Program-made: the position numbers and the translations under genes
Notes under the pieces: generated by a model
Databases searched by the model: none
What the model was told of the DNA's origin: nothing
The model's input: the letters and a program-made list of their open reading frames with translations, nothing else
Origin: Methanobacteriota archaeon
GTDB lineage: Archaea; Thermoplasmatota; Thermoplasmata; SG8-5; JAGLSY01
Reading direction: 5' to 3'
Length of the DNA: 64,000 bases
Assembly (NCBI GenBank): GCA_020696385.1
Contig: JAEHCQ010000001.1
Span: 288,001 to 352,000, forward strand
Shown: one piece after another, positions 62,841 through 64,000 of the stretch
Position numbering within the stretch: position 1 is the stretch's first letter
How the letters are laid out: each line of letters starts with the position of its first letter

Positions 62841-62948
62841 ATGAGTGATCAGGATGAATTTACAAACACCATTAGACTCCTTCTCTTTGGAGAGGATGAT
62901 GAAGATAAAATAGCAGATATTGAGATAGCAGACCATTCGCCAATATGA
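62841..62948 (+). CDS. Micro-ORF 4 (35 aa, acidic)
   Basis: MSDQDEFTNTIRLLLFGEDDEDKIADIEIADHSPI; GGAGGGAG SD; ATG abuts the previous TAG. Confidence 0.55.
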   Translation: MSDQDEFTNTIRLLLFGEDDEDKIADIEIADHSPI

Positions 62949-63032
62949 ATGGTCGACTATCTCCCCTCATTTTGATCATTATTACATTTTATACACCATG
63001 TTTAAAATATTTTCATCCACATATCCCGGCTC

Positions 63033-63575
63033 ATGCAGGGTTTGGAGATAAAAAGAATTCCCAGAGAAGAGCTGATTGACAGGGTTACGATATTTTCCTA
63101 CGAATCAGACAGCTATTATCGTGTGACCATCAATGAAAAGAATGATGGGTGGTCGATAGATCTTAAGCGTAAGGAGTTCCCCCAGACCTTTATAAAAAAT
63201 GATTCCACAGATAAGCTAGTACATGATTTCAAGGGAGATTCAGAGATATATCTGGCATACCTTGATGGAAAGGAAGCTGGTCAGTTGCAGATCGAGTTCC
63301 AAGAATACAATAAAAGCATAAGAGTTTGGGATATAGATATCTGGCCAGGATACCGTAGAAAGGGTATCGGAAAGGCTCTTATGGACCTGTGTAAGAAGAG
63401 AGCGGTGGATATCAATGCCAGACGTATAGTTCTGGAAGTGCAATCATCGAACTCAAAGGCAATTGAATTCTACCTGGCCATGGGCTTCAAGCTCATTGGA
63501 TTGGATGGAAGCCATTATTGTAATGATGATATGGATAGAGGAGAGGTCAGATTGGAGATGGCCATACACCTTTGA
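63033..63575 (+). CDS. GNAT acetyltransferase (streptothricin-acetyltransferase-like)
   Basis: YRRKGIGKALM and LEVQSSN..AI.FY..MGF.L.GLD motifs. Confidence 0.9.
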   Translation: MQGLEIKRIPREELIDRVTIFSYESDSYYRVTINEKNDGWSIDLKRKEFPQTFIKNDSTDKLVHDFKGDSEIYLAYLDGKEAGQLQIEFQEYNKSIRVWDIDIWPGYRRKGIGKALMDLCKKRAVDINARRIVLEVQSSNSKAIEFYLAMGFKLIGLDGSHYCNDDMDRGEVRLEMAIHL

Positions 63576-63650
63576 TCTTGATAATATATTTTACACTCGA
63601 GTAAAAGGCAAATATAAATGCCTTATTTTCTCAAGCAACAATCTATTGCT

Positions 63651-63685
63651 ATTATGTGACAATAGTGATGCATTATGTGACAATA
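63651..63685. promoter_or_regulatory. 14-bp direct repeat, 21-bp period, upstream of the 63759 ORF
   Basis: ATTATGTGACAATA at 63651-64 and 63672-85. Confidence 0.5.
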
Positions 63686-63758
63686 TTAGATTAGGCATTA
63701 AAAACATATTTATGATAGTTCCAACAATGGGCAATATGTATTTTGATTGGGTGAAGAC

Positions 63759-64000
63759 ATGGGTCGCGACATATACGCAGATTTGGAAAAGATAGAGGAA
63801 CGCGGAAAGCGTAAGAAAAAGGGATTCCTTTCTTTCATGGGCGGAAAGGAGCCAGGGGAAGAATCGCCCCCAGTTCACACAGTTTCTGCCTTCAGTGGTA
63901 ACCCGGACCCACCGACAGCTCCAACTCCCAAGCCAAAGCCTGTGGAGCAGGAGATCATTGAGACCGAGGAATGGATACCACTCAAGGGTCGAAAATTAAA
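63759..64000 (+). CDS. Partial CDS running off the window; basic N-terminal helix then Pro-rich linker
   Basis: GGGTGA SD; open frame MGRDIYADLEKIEERGKRKKKGFLSFMGGKEPGEESPP... to the window end. Confidence 0.7.
   Translation, partial: MGRDIYADLEKIEERGKRKKKGFLSFMGGKEPGEESPPVHTVSAFSGNPDPPTAPTPKPKPVEQEIIETEEWIPLKGRKL

Noticed and set aside
62709-62948. Pyrrolysine read-through of the in-frame TAG joining micro-ORFs 3 and 4
   Set aside because: ORF4 has its own strong SD and ATG, many ordinary genes here end in TAG, and no pyl genes are in the window.

Overview
This is a 64-kb archaeal chromosomal window. Thermoplasmatota is inferred from arcS, mptA, a PAC2 chaperone, DUF835 and the surface-protein style. 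All calls come from motif recognition by eye; no searches were run. Contents: (i) large secreted or anchored modular proteins, including an S8 protease; three share a C-terminal GWNL/GEAYWV domain, and two copies are ~84% identical and carry the same terminator. (ii) A 17-kb TCA cluster: monomeric IDH, two-subunit ATP citrate lyase, aconitase, sucCD and a class I fumarase-type pair. It has no mdh or citrate synthase, but has a translationally coupled LarA-family racemase and a divergent GlcD/GlcF-type dehydrogenase, suggesting a D-malate bypass. (iii) A bacterial-type DnaA AAA+ module with intact motifs, fused to DUF2226-like, Zn-ribbon and DUF835 domains and lacking the DNA-binding domain. 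(iv) A membrane polyferredoxin-thioredoxin/Omp28-like fusion. (v) A 5.9-kb segment (56473-62370) bounded by 55-bp imperfect inverted repeats and a flanking CTAT direct repeat, carrying a radical-SAM/DUF4130 pair. (vi) An unannotated run of four micro-ORFs (35-43 aa); one shares a motif with the N-terminus of the truncated gene at the window end. No rRNA, tRNA, CRISPR array, transposase or integrase was recognised.
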